Source: a bacterium (GTDB lineage Bacteria; Campylobacterota; Campylobacteria; Campylobacterales; Sulfurovaceae). Taken from it: a DNA stretch of 64,000 bases. Positions 28,587 through 40,131 of this stretch are shown here, in pieces (positions within the stretch are counted from its first letter, which is position 1; every line of letters begins with the position of its first letter). The stretch lies in NCBI GenBank assembly GCA_018822805.1, contig JAHJJU010000101.1, forward strand, positions 1,956-65,955, given 5' to 3'. The notes below the pieces were generated by a model. The model saw nothing but the letters and a program-made list of their open reading frames with translations. It did no database searches and was not told where the DNA came from. The position numbers and the translations under genes are program-made.

Positions 28587-29167
28587 TATTGTACCTTTTG
28601 AGAGAGCATCAAATCTGATTGACTCTCAAGTAAAAGATTTAACTCATAGGCTTTTCTTTTTAAAATCAAATGAAAAGAATAAGCAAATGTTGCCACAGCA
28701 ATACCGGCAGCAGTCGCAACCAATGCCTCTGAAATGGCCGGAGCAACAATCGCAATTGATGTACCATTTTGTGTACCCAATGAAGAAAATGTCTCTAAAA
28801 TAGCAACAACCGTACCAAATAATCCAATAAACGGCGATGTTGAAGCGATAATAGAAAGTGCCGTAAGCCCACCTGTAGCATTTTTTACAGCAGAATTAAT
28901 GGCTGCAGAGAAGATAGCTTTATTCGGAATCAGTACTTTAGAAAGAAAGGTAAATAAAAGTGAATCTTTTTCTACAGTTTTAGAACGTCCCATATAAATT
29001 TTTTTCATTGATCTCTCTTCTATCGAAATTTTACTACGTAAAGTAAAGTACCGATATATAAAAATCCACAATACAAAAAAAAGGTAAATCGAGAGCACAA
29101 ACAATACAAAAATTGTAATGGCAGAACTCTTATCAAAATAAGCAAATAAACTACTAAAAATCCCCAT
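28586..29167 (-). CDS. MotA/TolQ/ExbB proton channel protein
   Basis: SPFIGLFGTVV..ILETF and ISEALVATAAGI motifs. Confidence 0.93.
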   Translation of the reverse strand: MGIFSSLFAYFDKSSAITIFVLFVLSIYLFFVLWIFIYRYFTLRSKISIEERSMKKIYMGRSKTVEKDSLLFTFLSKVLIPNKAIFSAAINSAVKNATGGLTALSIIASTSPFIGLFGTVVAILETFSSLGTQNGTSIAIVAPAISEALVATAAGIAVATFAYSFHLILKRKAYELNLLLESQSDLMLSQKVQ

Positions 29168-29392
29168 AATTAAACCCTATTCCCTATTCTATTTTTTATA
29201 AATTTCATTAATTCTTCCCTTTTATAATTTCGAAAAATATTATCATATTTGTCCTCTATAAAACCTTTAATAAAAAGTGAAGAGAGTTGAAAATAAAAAA
29301 GAATTGAAATATTTGATTTTTTACATGAGAGTTATCTCATTTTCCCAACCAAAAGGTTAGGAAAATAGATTAGAAGAGTTTGAACTGGGTTC

Positions 29393-29776
29393 TTATCTTT
29401 TTTTGATATTTTCGACTTTGCTAACAGCTGCAGCAATAGTCATACTTGATGATTGAGCTCTTTCGAGTAACTCTTTAGCTTCTGCAATTGCTTGTGCTAA
29501 ATGTGTGTCTTCTCCGGAAAGTGCAACAGCACCATCAACCACACACAATGTTTTCTCTTCTTCTACTTTAACGTAACCACCATTGATAGCAACAGAAACT
29601 TCTTTGTTGTCTTGTCTATCTATTGTAATTACACCCGTGTCTAAAAGAGAAACAAGTGCAGCGTGATCAGCCAATACACCAAACTCACCTTCGCTACCCG
29701 GAAGGGTAACTTGTTTTACTTCATCGTCGAAAATGACACCATCGGGTGTCACAATCTCAAGTTTAAGGAGTTTCAT
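29393..29776 (-). CDS. atpC: ATP synthase F1 epsilon subunit
   Basis: LEIVTPDG and LPGSEGEFGVLADH. Confidence 0.95.
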   Translation of the reverse strand: MKLLKLEIVTPDGVIFDDEVKQVTLPGSEGEFGVLADHAALVSLLDTGVITIDRQDNKEVSVAINGGYVKVEEEKTLCVVDGAVALSGEDTHLAQAIAEAKELLERAQSSSMTIAAAVSKVENIKKR

Positions 29777-29791
29777 AGTTGTCCTTTAGAC

Positions 29792-31204
<1,413 letters not shown>

Positions 31205-32095
31205 TTATTTCATCGATTCCATACCACTGATAATCTCAATGAGTTCAGTAGTAATCGCTTCTTGTCTAGCTTTGTTGTATTTAACTGAAAGCTTCTTCAC
31301 CATATCTTTAGCATTGTTGGTTGCTGAATCCATTGCTTGCATACGAGCAGAATGCTCAGCAGCCAATGAATCAAGTAGTGCATAATACATTGAGTATTCA
31401 ACATATTTTTTCACCAACGCATCCAACAATTCATCATTATCATCCGGTTCAATCTCTATCTCTGACATTGATACAGAGTTACTTAAATCAAGTGCTGAAA
31501 CATCAACAGGTAAAAGTTGTTGCTGAGAAACTTTTTGCATAATCATGTTGACATATCCATTATGGATAAGTATGATTTTGTCTGTTTTTCCAGCTACATA
31601 ATCTTCAACCAATGTTGAAATCAATTCAGTTGATGCTTCATAATTCGGTTTAGAACTTAAGTCAGCAATCTCATTGATCATCTCAACTTGATTGTATTTG
31701 AAGAAAGCAATACCTTTTTTACCAACACCACTTAAACGCACCTCTACATCAGAGTTTTTATACTCTGCCATAACTTCGTTAGCACGTTTAATGGTTTGGT
31801 AGTTAAATCCACCACAAAGACCCTTGTCCGATGTTACAAAAACAATATCAATCTTTTTAGGATTTTTATTTTCTTGGAAGAAAATATTGTCAATCCCATC
31901 AGCATTGTTTTGTTGCATCTTTTGAGCAATTTCACTCAAAAGCTCTGTTAACTTCGCTGCATAAACTTTAGAACGTTTAGCTATCTCTTCAGCTCTTTTA
32001 AGTTTAGCCGATGAAACAAGTTTCATCGCACGCGTTGTCTTTTGAGTACCTTTGACACTCGAAATTTTACGCTTTATCTCTTTTAAGTTAGCCAT
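31205..32095 (-). CDS. atpG: ATP synthase F1 gamma subunit
   Basis: TRAMKLVSSAK, SDKGLCGGFN, ARQEAITTELIEI. Confidence 0.97.
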   Translation of the reverse strand: MANLKEIKRKISSVKGTQKTTRAMKLVSSAKLKRAEEIAKRSKVYAAKLTELLSEIAQKMQQNNADGIDNIFFQENKNPKKIDIVFVTSDKGLCGGFNYQTIKRANEVMAEYKNSDVEVRLSGVGKKGIAFFKYNQVEMINEIADLSSKPNYEASTELISTLVEDYVAGKTDKIILIHNGYVNMIMQKVSQQQLLPVDVSALDLSNSVSMSEIEIEPDDNDELLDALVKKYVEYSMYYALLDSLAAEHSARMQAMDSATNNAKDMVKKLSVKYNKARQEAITTELIEIISGMESMK

Positions 32096-32104
32096 AATTT
32101 AGCC

Positions 32105-33619
32105 TTATGCTGAAAAAGATTCTTTAAAATCTTCTAATGCGTTTTTCAAATCAGCTTCATTCTCGTCAGTGATTTTTTTATTTTCTCTAATGCTGTCAAC
32201 TATAGAAGCATATTTAGCATCCATAAATGGATATAACTCAGCTTCAAACTTCGTTACAGAACCTACAGCAACATCATCAAGATAACCTTTGGTTCCTGCA
32301 AAAATCATAATAACTTGTTTTTCAATAGGAATTGGAGCATAAGGTCCTTGTTTAAGTACTTCAACCATTCTTGCACCACGCTCAAGTTGATTTCTACTGT
32401 GCTCATCAAGATCCGATGCAAACTGTGCAAATGCCTGAAGCTCTCTGTAGGATGCAAGATCAAGTCTTAATGTACCGGCAACTTGCTTGGTCGCTTTAAT
32501 CTGTGCAGCACCACCAACTCTAGATACTGAAAGTCCAACGTTAATTGCCGGTCTAACACCTGAGTTAAATAGGTCTGTTTCAAGGAAAATCTGTCCATCA
32601 GTAATTGAAATTACATTCGTTGGAATATACGCTGCAACATCTCCGGCTTGAGTTTCAATGATTGGGAATGCAGTAATAGAACCGGCACCATTAGCATCTG
32701 AAAGTTTTGCTGCTCTTTCAAGAAGTCTTGAGTGAAGATAGAAAACATCACCCGGATAGGCTTCTCTACCCGGAGGTCTTCTAAGAATCAACGACATCTC
32801 TCTGTAAGCAACAGCATGTTTAGTCAAATCATCATAGAAGATAACAGCATGTCTGCTAGAGTTCATGAAATACTCAGCCAATGTTACACCTGCATATGGA
32901 GCTAAAAATTGGAATGCTGCAGAATCAGATGCAGAAGCATTAACAACGATTGTATACTCCATCGCACCGGCTTCTTCAAACTTTTTAACAATAGATGCAA
33001 CGGTTGATTGTTTTTGACCAATTGCTACATAGACACACGTAACATCTTGACCTTTTTGATTGATAATGGTATCAATTGCTAAAGTAGTTTTACCCGTTTG
33101 TCTATCACCAATGATAAGCTCTCTTTGACCTCTACCGACCGGTACCAATGCATCAATCGCTTTAATACCCGTTTGTAATGGCTCATGAACTGATTTTCTA
33201 GCCATAATTCCCGGTGCTTTATCTTCAAGAAGCATAGACTCTGTAGTCTCAATTGGACCTTTACCGTCTACCGGTTCACCAAGAGGATTAACTACACGTC
33301 CAACCATTGCTTCACCAACCGGGATTCTAAGAAGTTCTCCACTTCTTTTAACGCTCATACCTTCTCTGATTCCTTCCATTGAACCAAGAACAACGATACC
33401 TACGCTTGCTTCTTCTAAGTTAAGTACCATACCTGTAACACCGGTTTCGAACTCAACGATCTCACCGGCCATAACATTATTAAGACCATATACAGATGTA
33501 ATACCATCTGCAACACCTACTACTTTACCAACTTCGTTGATATCAACATCAATCTCAAAATTTCCGATTCTCTCTTTGATTATTGAAGAGATTTCGTCTG
33601 CTTGTAATTTGTTTGCCAC
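32105..33619 (-). CDS. atpA: ATP synthase F1 alpha subunit
   Basis: GDRQTGKT P-loop, [21 protein letters not shown]. Confidence 0.98.
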   Translation of the reverse strand: MANKLQADEISSIIKERIGNFEIDVDINEVGKVVGVADGITSVYGLNNVMAGEIVEFETGVTGMVLNLEEASVGIVVLGSMEGIREGMSVKRSGELLRIPVGEAMVGRVVNPLGEPVDGKGPIETTESMLLEDKAPGIMARKSVHEPLQTGIKAIDALVPVGRGQRELIIGDRQTGKTTLAIDTIINQKGQDVTCVYVAIGQKQSTVASIVKKFEEAGAMEYTIVVNASASDSAAFQFLAPYAGVTLAEYFMNSSRHAVIFYDDLTKHAVAYREMSLILRRPPGREAYPGDVFYLHSRLLERAAKLSDANGAGSITAFPIIETQAGDVAAYIPTNVISITDGQIFLETDLFNSGVRPAINVGLSVSRVGGAAQIKATKQVAGTLRLDLASYRELQAFAQFASDLDEHSRNQLERGARMVEVLKQGPYAPIPIEKQVIMIFAGTKGYLDDVAVGSVTKFEAELYPFMDAKYASIVDSIRENKKITDENEADLKNALEDFKESFSA

Positions 33620-33647
33620 TGCAACTCCTTCCGTTTAGATTACTATT

Positions 33648-34181
33648 TTATAGTGATTTTGTAATAAAATCAATTAATTGTTCTTTAACTCTCTGCTTAG
33701 AAAAGTTTACCTCAATACCCAAATCATCAACCGACACTTTAATTCCATCAAGATCTGATTGCTCTTGCGTTAAATTAATGATTGATCCAGTGTATGTTTT
33801 TAATGAAGTTTGAAGATCAGCAAGCTCTGCATCACTCAATGTGTTTGAACTTGTCACCACACCTTCATATTCATTTTTCTCTTTTTGAATAGCTTGATTT
33901 AATCTTCTAGCTATTGTCGGTAATAGATCTAAACGACCATTTTCACCGATAATTTTAATAAAGTTTTGTAAACTTTTATCAGAACCTTCACCTAAACCAT
34001 CTACAACAAATGCTGTTTTTTGATCCTTTGAGACCAAAGGAGAGCTTAACATCTCTGAGACGTTTGCATCATCAAAAAGTCCTGCTATTGTAGAAAGAAC
34101 TTCTGAAAATGCGACTCTCTGCTCAGCTGAAGTAACCTCTACCAATGCATTTACATATCTGTTTGCAATTAACTCTTCCAT
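33648..34181 (-). CDS. atpH: ATP synthase delta subunit
   Basis: IANRYVNAL N-terminus; position between atpF and atpA. Confidence 0.9.
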   Translation of the reverse strand: MEELIANRYVNALVEVTSAEQRVAFSEVLSTIAGLFDDANVSEMLSSPLVSKDQKTAFVVDGLGEGSDKSLQNFIKIIGENGRLDLLPTIARRLNQAIQKEKNEYEGVVTSSNTLSDAELADLQTSLKTYTGSIINLTQEQSDLDGIKVSVDDLGIEVNFSKQRVKEQLIDFITKSL

Positions 34182-34717
34182 TATGCTACCTTTTTCGAGA
34201 TAAGTGAAACCACTTTGGCTTCATCAACAGTAATGTCACTGTTTTCAAAACCATCGTTTAACAAAGTATCAATAGTTGCTCTGGTAGCTTTTTTACTCTC
34301 AAGAACTTTTTTCTCTTCAGATTGTTTTACTAAAAGTGTAAGTGTATTCTCATTTTTCTCAGCAATGTTTGCCGACAACATTTTAGCTTCGTTGTTTGCG
34401 TCAATAACAATCTCTTTAGCTTTTTCTTCAGCTTTTACTACATTCTCTTCAGCAGCCAAACGATCTTTCTTAGAAGCTTCTAACTTCTCTTCAATCTCTT
34501 TAAGCTGATTGGCAATTCCCTCTGTTCTTCCTGTAAAGAAAGCTTTGATTGGATGTGCTGCAAGATAATATAAAAGACCTGCAAAAATAGCAAAGTTGAA
34601 AACTCTATAGAAAAAGTCCGAGTTAAACATCGTAATATCATGATGCTCTGCACCTGATGCCAATACCAATGATGGTACAAGAACCGTTGCAATAAGAGCT
34701 ATATTTTTAATTCTCAT
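34181..34717 (-). CDS. atpF: ATP synthase F0 b subunit
   Basis: YRVFNFAIFAGLLYY TM helix plus coiled coil. Confidence 0.9.
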   Translation of the reverse strand: MRIKNIALIATVLVPSLVLASGAEHHDITMFNSDFFYRVFNFAIFAGLLYYLAAHPIKAFFTGRTEGIANQLKEIEEKLEASKKDRLAAEENVVKAEEKAKEIVIDANNEAKMLSANIAEKNENTLTLLVKQSEEKKVLESKKATRATIDTLLNDGFENSDITVDEAKVVSLISKKVA

Positions 34718-34727
34718 TCATCATCTC

Positions 34728-35150
34728 CTATAGGCTACTGAATTTAGTTTGTAAACTCTCTTTAAAAAGAGGTAACTCAGAGGAAAGTGATTTTTTCAAT
34801 TCCTCTTGATCAGCTGAAAGTTCCGTTAAAAACGTCTGGTAATTTTCATCAAGTTCTTTCACTTTACTCTCAATTTTACTCTCTGCCAAAGCTTTCGCTT
34901 CATTCGTAGCTTTCTCTCTGATTGCATTAGCTTCTGCTTTTGCTTCTGCTAAAAGTGCATCTGCTTTTGCATTAAGTCCATCACTATTATCTGACATCTC
35001 TTCAGCATTTTGTAAATCTTGTGCTATAGTAGCCTCTCTATCATCCATAAACTTAAGTAATGGTTGAAATAACATTTGATTCAACAAAAATAGAAGAGAG
35101 AAGAAAACAACAAGAACGAACAACATCAAACCGGGATTCAAGTCAAGCAT
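34728..35150 (-). CDS. ATP synthase F0 b' subunit
   Basis: MLDLNPGLMLF..LFQPLLKFMDDR b-type N-terminus; first gene of the atp block. Confidence 0.88.
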   Translation of the reverse strand: MLDLNPGLMLFVLVVFFSLLFLLNQMLFQPLLKFMDDREATIAQDLQNAEEMSDNSDGLNAKADALLAEAKAEANAIREKATNEAKALAESKIESKVKELDENYQTFLTELSADQEELKKSLSSELPLFKESLQTKFSSL

Positions 35151-35275
35151 TCAAACTCCTCCAAAAAATTTTGCGTATTATATCTTGATTGATGTAATAA
35201 TTTGATTAATATTTGGTTATATTATGGGCAGTGGGTAAATTTGTGAAGGGGACAAATTTCAGGGTTAAAATCTGT

Positions 35276-36124
35276 CTATTTTTGTAACATTTTTAAAAAC
35301 TTTTCAATTTCATTGTCATTTTTAAAGTTTATCTCTAAACTATTATTTTTGACTTTAAAGGAAAAAGGAAGCGTTTCTTTTAAGCTACTTTTATAATTTT
35401 CGATAAAACTAAATTTTTTTTCAGGAGCAACTTCAACTTGATCTTTATTTTTTTTATTTTTAGCTAAAACTTCACTCTCTCGTACACTTAGCTTCTGACC
35501 AATTATCGTGTCAACCAAAAGCTGTTGATCTTCTTCTTCAAAACCAACCAAGATTTTAGCATGACCTTGAGAAATAGCCCCATCAATGAGTTTATTTTGT
35601 ACATAAGTAGAAAGTGACAAAAGTCTTAAGGTATTGGTAATTTGAGAACGACTTTTATTGACCACTTCCGAGAGTTCATCATGCGTAATTTCATACACCT
35701 TAATCAGTTCATCATAAGAATGTGCCAATTCCATTGCATTTAGATCTTCTCTTTGAATATTTTCAATCAATGCCAACTCACGAAGTTTGGCATCATCAAT
35801 ATTCACATCAGCAATAACAGCTTTTATTCTATCCAAACCGGCTAATTTATGAGCACGAAGTCGTCGCTCACCGGCAACCAGTAGAAAACCATCATCTTTT
35901 TTAATAACAACAATTGGCTGTAATAATCCATGTCGTTTAATTGATTCACTTAATTCACGAAGTGCCTCTTGTTCAAATGTCTTTCGTGGTTGATAGGGAT
36001 TGGCTGAAATAGTATTAACATCAATTTCACGTATCTGATCAGCAGACGCTTCTGATACTTCATTGTCGTAAGCCTGTCCAACCTCTTCTAATATGGCACC
36101 AAGCCCTCTACCTAAAGCCATCAT
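35276..36124 (-). CDS. parB: Chromosome partitioning protein ParB
   Basis: ALGRGLGA, NPYQPRK, LVAGERRLRA, ENIQREDLN and HTH. Confidence 0.96.
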   Translation of the reverse strand: MMALGRGLGAILEEVGQAYDNEVSEASADQIREIDVNTISANPYQPRKTFEQEALRELSESIKRHGLLQPIVVIKKDDGFLLVAGERRLRAHKLAGLDRIKAVIADVNIDDAKLRELALIENIQREDLNAMELAHSYDELIKVYEITHDELSEVVNKSRSQITNTLRLLSLSTYVQNKLIDGAISQGHAKILVGFEEEDQQLLVDTIIGQKLSVRESEVLAKNKKNKDQVEVAPEKKFSFIENYKSSLKETLPFSFKVKNNSLEINFKNDNEIEKFLKMLQK

Positions 36125-36909
36125 TATTTACCCTTTACAATACACTTAGCTAAATTGTTATAAGCGACTGCACCTTTTGATTTCTGAGCATACTCAGTAA
36201 CAGGTTTTCCATAACTTGGACTCTCTGCTATTTTGATATTACGAGGAACAATAATAAACTCTTTTCGCTTATCTAAAAAGAGATTGTTCTTAAAATGGTG
36301 TGCTAAATCTTCAAGTACCTGTTTAGACAAATTGTTTTGATTTGAATACATTGTCGGTAAAAAGCCTTTAATCGCCAATTTCGGATTAATCGATTTTTTA
36401 AGAAGATTAATGGTGTTTAACAACTGTGCCAAACCTTCAAGTGCAAAATATTCACACTGTATAGGTATAATCACTGAATCTGCAGCACCCAGAGCATTAA
36501 TGGTAATCGGTCCCAATGCAGGAGGTGAATCTATAATGATATAATCATAGTTTTCTTTAATCGGTTGTATTGCTTTTTTTAAAAGTAGCTCACGATTTTG
36601 TTGCGTAGAAGAATAAAATTCCTTCTCTACTCCAACCAGACCAATGTTTGCAGGTACCAAATCAAGATTTTTTATTTTTGATGCTAAAATCACATCAGAC
36701 ATTTTCTTTATGCCAATCAATACATGATAAATATTATATTCATAATCATTACGATTGAAACCGAAACTTGTGGTCGCATTAGTCTGTGGATCAGCATCTA
36801 CTAAAAGTACTTTTTTACCATTTTGTGCTAATGCAGCAGAGAGGTTAACAGCTGTCGTTGTTTTACCCACACCACCTTTTTGATTTGCTATTGTAATAAT
36901 TTCACTCAT
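36124..36909 (-). CDS. parA: Chromosome partitioning ATPase ParA/Soj
   Basis: NQKGGVGKTT, DSPPALG and PIQCEYFALEG. Confidence 0.96.
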   Translation of the reverse strand: MSEIITIANQKGGVGKTTTAVNLSAALAQNGKKVLLVDADPQTNATTSFGFNRNDYEYNIYHVLIGIKKMSDVILASKIKNLDLVPANIGLVGVEKEFYSSTQQNRELLLKKAIQPIKENYDYIIIDSPPALGPITINALGAADSVIIPIQCEYFALEGLAQLLNTINLLKKSINPKLAIKGFLPTMYSNQNNLSKQVLEDLAHHFKNNLFLDKRKEFIIVPRNIKIAESPSYGKPVTEYAQKSKGAVAYNNLAKCIVKGK

Positions 36910-37541
36910 CTTAAACTGTATACTCTCTTATTATCTATTATTAATGACCCATCTTCCAATAAAGTCGCGTTTTTAAGGGGTTTATACTCCCCATCAATAT
37001 GTGCAAAAAATCCTCTGCTTCTCTCAAATTCTATCCTATATTCACTAAAGATTTGCTTCCATGTCAGAGACTTCTTGAGTTGTAAAAGATACCTTTCAAG
37101 TAGAAATATCGGTTCAATGTTGAGATTTAATGCTTCAAAGCCATTTTTATTTTTTTGTAAATTTATGCCCATTCCACAGACTAAAATATTATCAATTTTT
37201 TTCGTTATCGTACCACCGATTTTACTCTGATTCCGGTATAAATCGTTAGGCCATTTTAACCAAACATTCGAATTGTACTCTTTTAAAATTCTTTTCATAA
37301 TATATGAAAAATAGATTGAAGCTGAGTTCAATGTCAAATCATCCGGCAAGTCATCTAAGCTAAATGCAAAAGAGAAAAAAAGATTTCCCTCTCCTCCTTC
37401 CCATTTATTGTCACGACTGCCAACCCCATTGGTTTGTTTTTTTGCTACGATGGTCACCGGTTCAGAAAGTTTTTTAGACTTTAATGCTTCAAGTAAATAG
37501 GTTTGAGTGGATTCCAACTCATCAAAGTAATGTATGTCCAA
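36906..37541 (-). CDS. birA: Biotin--[acetyl-CoA-carboxylase] ligase
   Basis: QTNGVGSR..W, LKWPND and KIGGT. Confidence 0.93.
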   Translation of the reverse strand: MDIHYFDELESTQTYLLEALKSKKLSEPVTIVAKKQTNGVGSRDNKWEGGEGNLFFSFAFSLDDLPDDLTLNSASIYFSYIMKRILKEYNSNVWLKWPNDLYRNQSKIGGTITKKIDNILVCGMGINLQKNKNGFEALNLNIEPIFLLERYLLQLKKSLTWKQIFSEYRIEFERSRGFFAHIDGEYKPLKNATLLEDGSLIIDNKRVYSLR

Positions 37542-38433
37542 CTCTTAATCCTCTGCCTATACAATAGGCTTTAGCATTCACAGCTTTTTTTGATGCCGGT
37601 TGCAGTGTACCAATCTCTAAACTACCTTCAGCACAAGCCACAACAACCGTACCCTCTTTAATCTCTAAAATCGTACCCATTACATTACGGCTATTTGTTT
37701 CTACCAACTTAACATCTTTAATCTTCATGCCACCTTCAACAAAGATACCGGGCCAACCTTCAAAGGCCCTGTATTTATCATAAAACTGACTTGCCGATGA
37801 AAAATCAACCAAACCATCAGCCTTTTTTATCTTTTTACAATAAGTCGCATCAGCCCTTGTCTGTTCTAATGGAGCAATGCTATCAAAACGATGCAGTATA
37901 TCGGTTGTTAACGCACAGGCATCGTCACTCAAACGGTTCATTAGTTCAGGCAACAACATGGTTTCAGGAATTTTAAAATATCTGTAACCCAAAATAGGTC
38001 CCGAATCCAAGCCCTCTTCCATTAACATTGCTGTTACCCCTGTAAACTCATCACCATTAAGCAGTGACTGCTGTACAGGACTAGCACCTCTATACTGTGG
38101 CAACAAAGAAGCATGAAGATTAATGCACGGAGCAATATCTAAAATAGATTTAGGCAACAGCTGTCCAAAAGCAGCCACCACTATAAAATCCGGTTTTGCC
38201 TCAACAATGGCTTCATAAACTCCCTCATCACTCAACTTTTCAGGTTGCAGTATGTTCATCTCATGCTCTAAAGCCAACAGTTTTACATCAGGAGCTTTCA
38301 ACTCATTTTTACGTCCTGCTTTTCGGTCAGGTTGTGTTATAACTAAAGGTACTACTATTTTCTCATCGTCAATTAATGTTTGAAGTATCTCTTTTGCATA
38401 ATGGGGAGTCCCCATATATACTACGCTTATCAT
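37522..38433 (-). CDS. fmt: Methionyl-tRNA formyltransferase
   Basis: YMGTP, TQPDR, INLHASLLPQYRGASP, GLDSGP. Confidence 0.96.
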   Translation of the reverse strand: MISVVYMGTPHYAKEILQTLIDDEKIVVPLVITQPDRKAGRKNELKAPDVKLLALEHEMNILQPEKLSDEGVYEAIVEAKPDFIVVAAFGQLLPKSILDIAPCINLHASLLPQYRGASPVQQSLLNGDEFTGVTAMLMEEGLDSGPILGYRYFKIPETMLLPELMNRLSDDACALTTDILHRFDSIAPLEQTRADATYCKKIKKADGLVDFSSASQFYDKYRAFEGWPGIFVEGGMKIKDVKLVETNSRNVMGTILEIKEGTVVVACAEGSLEIGTLQPASKKAVNAKAYCIGRGLRVGHTLL

Positions 38434-38474
38434 AAAATTGTACCTCCCATTTTCTTTGCCGAATTATAGCGATT

Positions 38475-38966
38475 TTAAATTTCGATTATCGTTAATTGAG
38501 TTTTTGAAAGAATCACCCCATCCTCATCGGCATAAATCCACTCACCCTCATTAAAATCAACGCCACCAAAATTCAAAGTAATGCCCCGTTCAAACGCAGC
38601 CTCTTTGGCACTACGCCGTGGACAGGTTCCCAAAGCAAAGAGACCTGCATCAATATTTTTTGTAATACGTGTATCACGCACATACCCATTAATAATAATA
38701 CCGACCCAGCCATTTTTTGCTGCAAATCCCATTAAGTTGTCGCCCACCACTGCACAAAACTTTGCGTCAACATCCACAACAGCCACACGACCTTTGCCCT
38801 CTTCATCTCGAAGCATCGCTACCAAACCACGATTATCTTCATCGAGTTTAATGGTTACTATCTCTCCATAAAAACAATCCCGACCCCCATACGAATTGAG
38901 TTGTTGCTCTAAAACCTTTACCTCTGCTCCCTGCTCATCACACAAATCTGCTGTTGAAAACTGCAT
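38475..38966 (-). CDS. rraA: RraA-family protein
   Basis: STADLCD, AVVGDNL, INGYVRD and WIYADEDGV. Confidence 0.9.
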   Translation of the reverse strand: MQFSTADLCDEQGAEVKVLEQQLNSYGGRDCFYGEIVTIKLDEDNRGLVAMLRDEEGKGRVAVVDVDAKFCAVVGDNLMGFAAKNGWVGIIINGYVRDTRITKNIDAGLFALGTCPRRSAKEAAFERGITLNFGGVDFNEGEWIYADEDGVILSKTQLTIIEI

Positions 38967-39089
38967 CTATACTCCTATTTTTTGTGGAATTATATCAAAC
39001 TTCTTCTCATCAATACAAAAATCCAAATAACCTTCGCTCTACAACAATCTCATGCATTTTTATAGCTTTTTTGAAAAATTAAATTTCTA

Positions 39090-39109
39090 GGACTAGCCGT
39101 AGCTAATTC
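39090..39109 (+). repeat. 20-nt copy of an internal segment of the MITE
   Basis: GGACTAGCCGTAGCTAATTC vs GGACTAGCCTTAGCTAATTC at 27033-27052 (19/20 identical). Confidence 0.6.
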
Positions 39110-39121
39110 AAGCATTTTAGT

Positions 39122-39814
39122 TTATAAAATTTTACTTCCACTACTTATATAAAAACTATTGAGAATTTTTGGACGATTTTTACTAAAATCATATTCAGCC
39201 AAAAGTTCCAATCTTCCTTCAAACTTTTGATTTGTAAATTTGACAAAATTGGTAAGTGGTTGATTTGAAGTAAAGTTTTCGCTTTTGCCTTTGATAGGAT
39301 TTTGGGTGTAGTCTGTTGCTTCTTCAATACTTTCCAGTTTCATCAACCCAAATCCATAGCGACTATCTCCACCTATAAAAATCTCTTTTAGCTCTTTTAA
39401 TATCTCTTTATTACAATTTACATACCCAACCCAATAAAGGTTATTGGGCAAAATGACATCAAGCTCGTGAAGTGATTCATCTTTTGCATTGAGCGTATTG
39501 GGATTAATCGCTGTTGAAAGAAGCGTGGTGACATACTTTTGTCTGAATTTAGCTTCAGGAACATTATTTAAACAAAATTCACCATTTTTATATTGTGGTT
39601 TAAACTCAATCCATCTAATTTTAGGATAAAAACAGCTAAGATTCTCAAAAAGTGTTGCTTCATAGTCACCTGTTTGATGAAAATATGCATTGGTCAATGC
39701 CCCCCACATCATCTGCCCTGTGATAAAAATTCTAGTTTCATTAATGACACGGTGCTTTCTATGCCCCAAATGAATCGGTTGAAGCTGTTTAAATGTTACT
39801 TTGTACCAACTCAT
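39122..39814 (-). CDS. CRISPR RAMP protein, Cas5-group (Cmr3-like in III-C gene order)
   Basis: FKQLQPIHLG N-terminal strand, GQMMWGAL and G-rich loop IGGDSRYGFG; last gene of the operon. Confidence 0.75.
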   Translation of the reverse strand: MSWYKVTFKQLQPIHLGHRKHRVINETRIFITGQMMWGALTNAYFHQTGDYEATLFENLSCFYPKIRWIEFKPQYKNGEFCLNNVPEAKFRQKYVTTLLSTAINPNTLNAKDESLHELDVILPNNLYWVGYVNCNKEILKELKEIFIGGDSRYGFGLMKLESIEEATDYTQNPIKGKSENFTSNQPLTNFVKFTNQKFEGRLELLAEYDFSKNRPKILNSFYISSGSKIL

Positions 39815-39816
39815 TT

Positions 39817-40131
39817 TTAATCCATCGCTTTAGCGTGGTATCGTGCATAAGTGAGGGCTTTTTCTAATATCTCTTTGAAAAATAAAAGTTGATTTAAGTC
39901 TTTGGATAAATTTTGAAAATATTGCTCGTAATCATCATTCGATTCTAAGATTGCGTTTAGTGTTTCTAAAAGTTTATTTTCATCTATATCTTTTTTGGAT
40001 TTACAATACACCCACATCGCATAAACCCCATCTTGTGCCAAAACACCTAAGATTTTATTGATAAGATTTTCATCTATAACTTTAGATATTTCATACCCTG
40101 CCTTATTAATTTCTGCATCAAGATTTTTCAT
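39817..40131 (-). CDS. CRISPR type III small subunit (Cas11/Cmr5-like)
   Basis: 104-aa helical protein with LGVLAQDGVYAMW and C-terminal YARYHAKA, directly after cmr4. Confidence 0.72.
   Translation of the reverse strand: MKNLDAEINKAGYEISKVIDENLINKILGVLAQDGVYAMWVYCKSKKDIDENKLLETLNAILESNDDYEQYFQNLSKDLNQLLFFKEILEKALTYARYHAKAMD

Noticed and set aside
33824-33837. 14-nt match between spacer 39 (AGCTCTGCATCACT) and atpH, plus a 12-nt match of spacer 58 to atpC, as possible self-targeting
   Set aside because: Matches this short are expected by chance for about 59 spacers against 128 kb of both strands, and the flanks do not extend.
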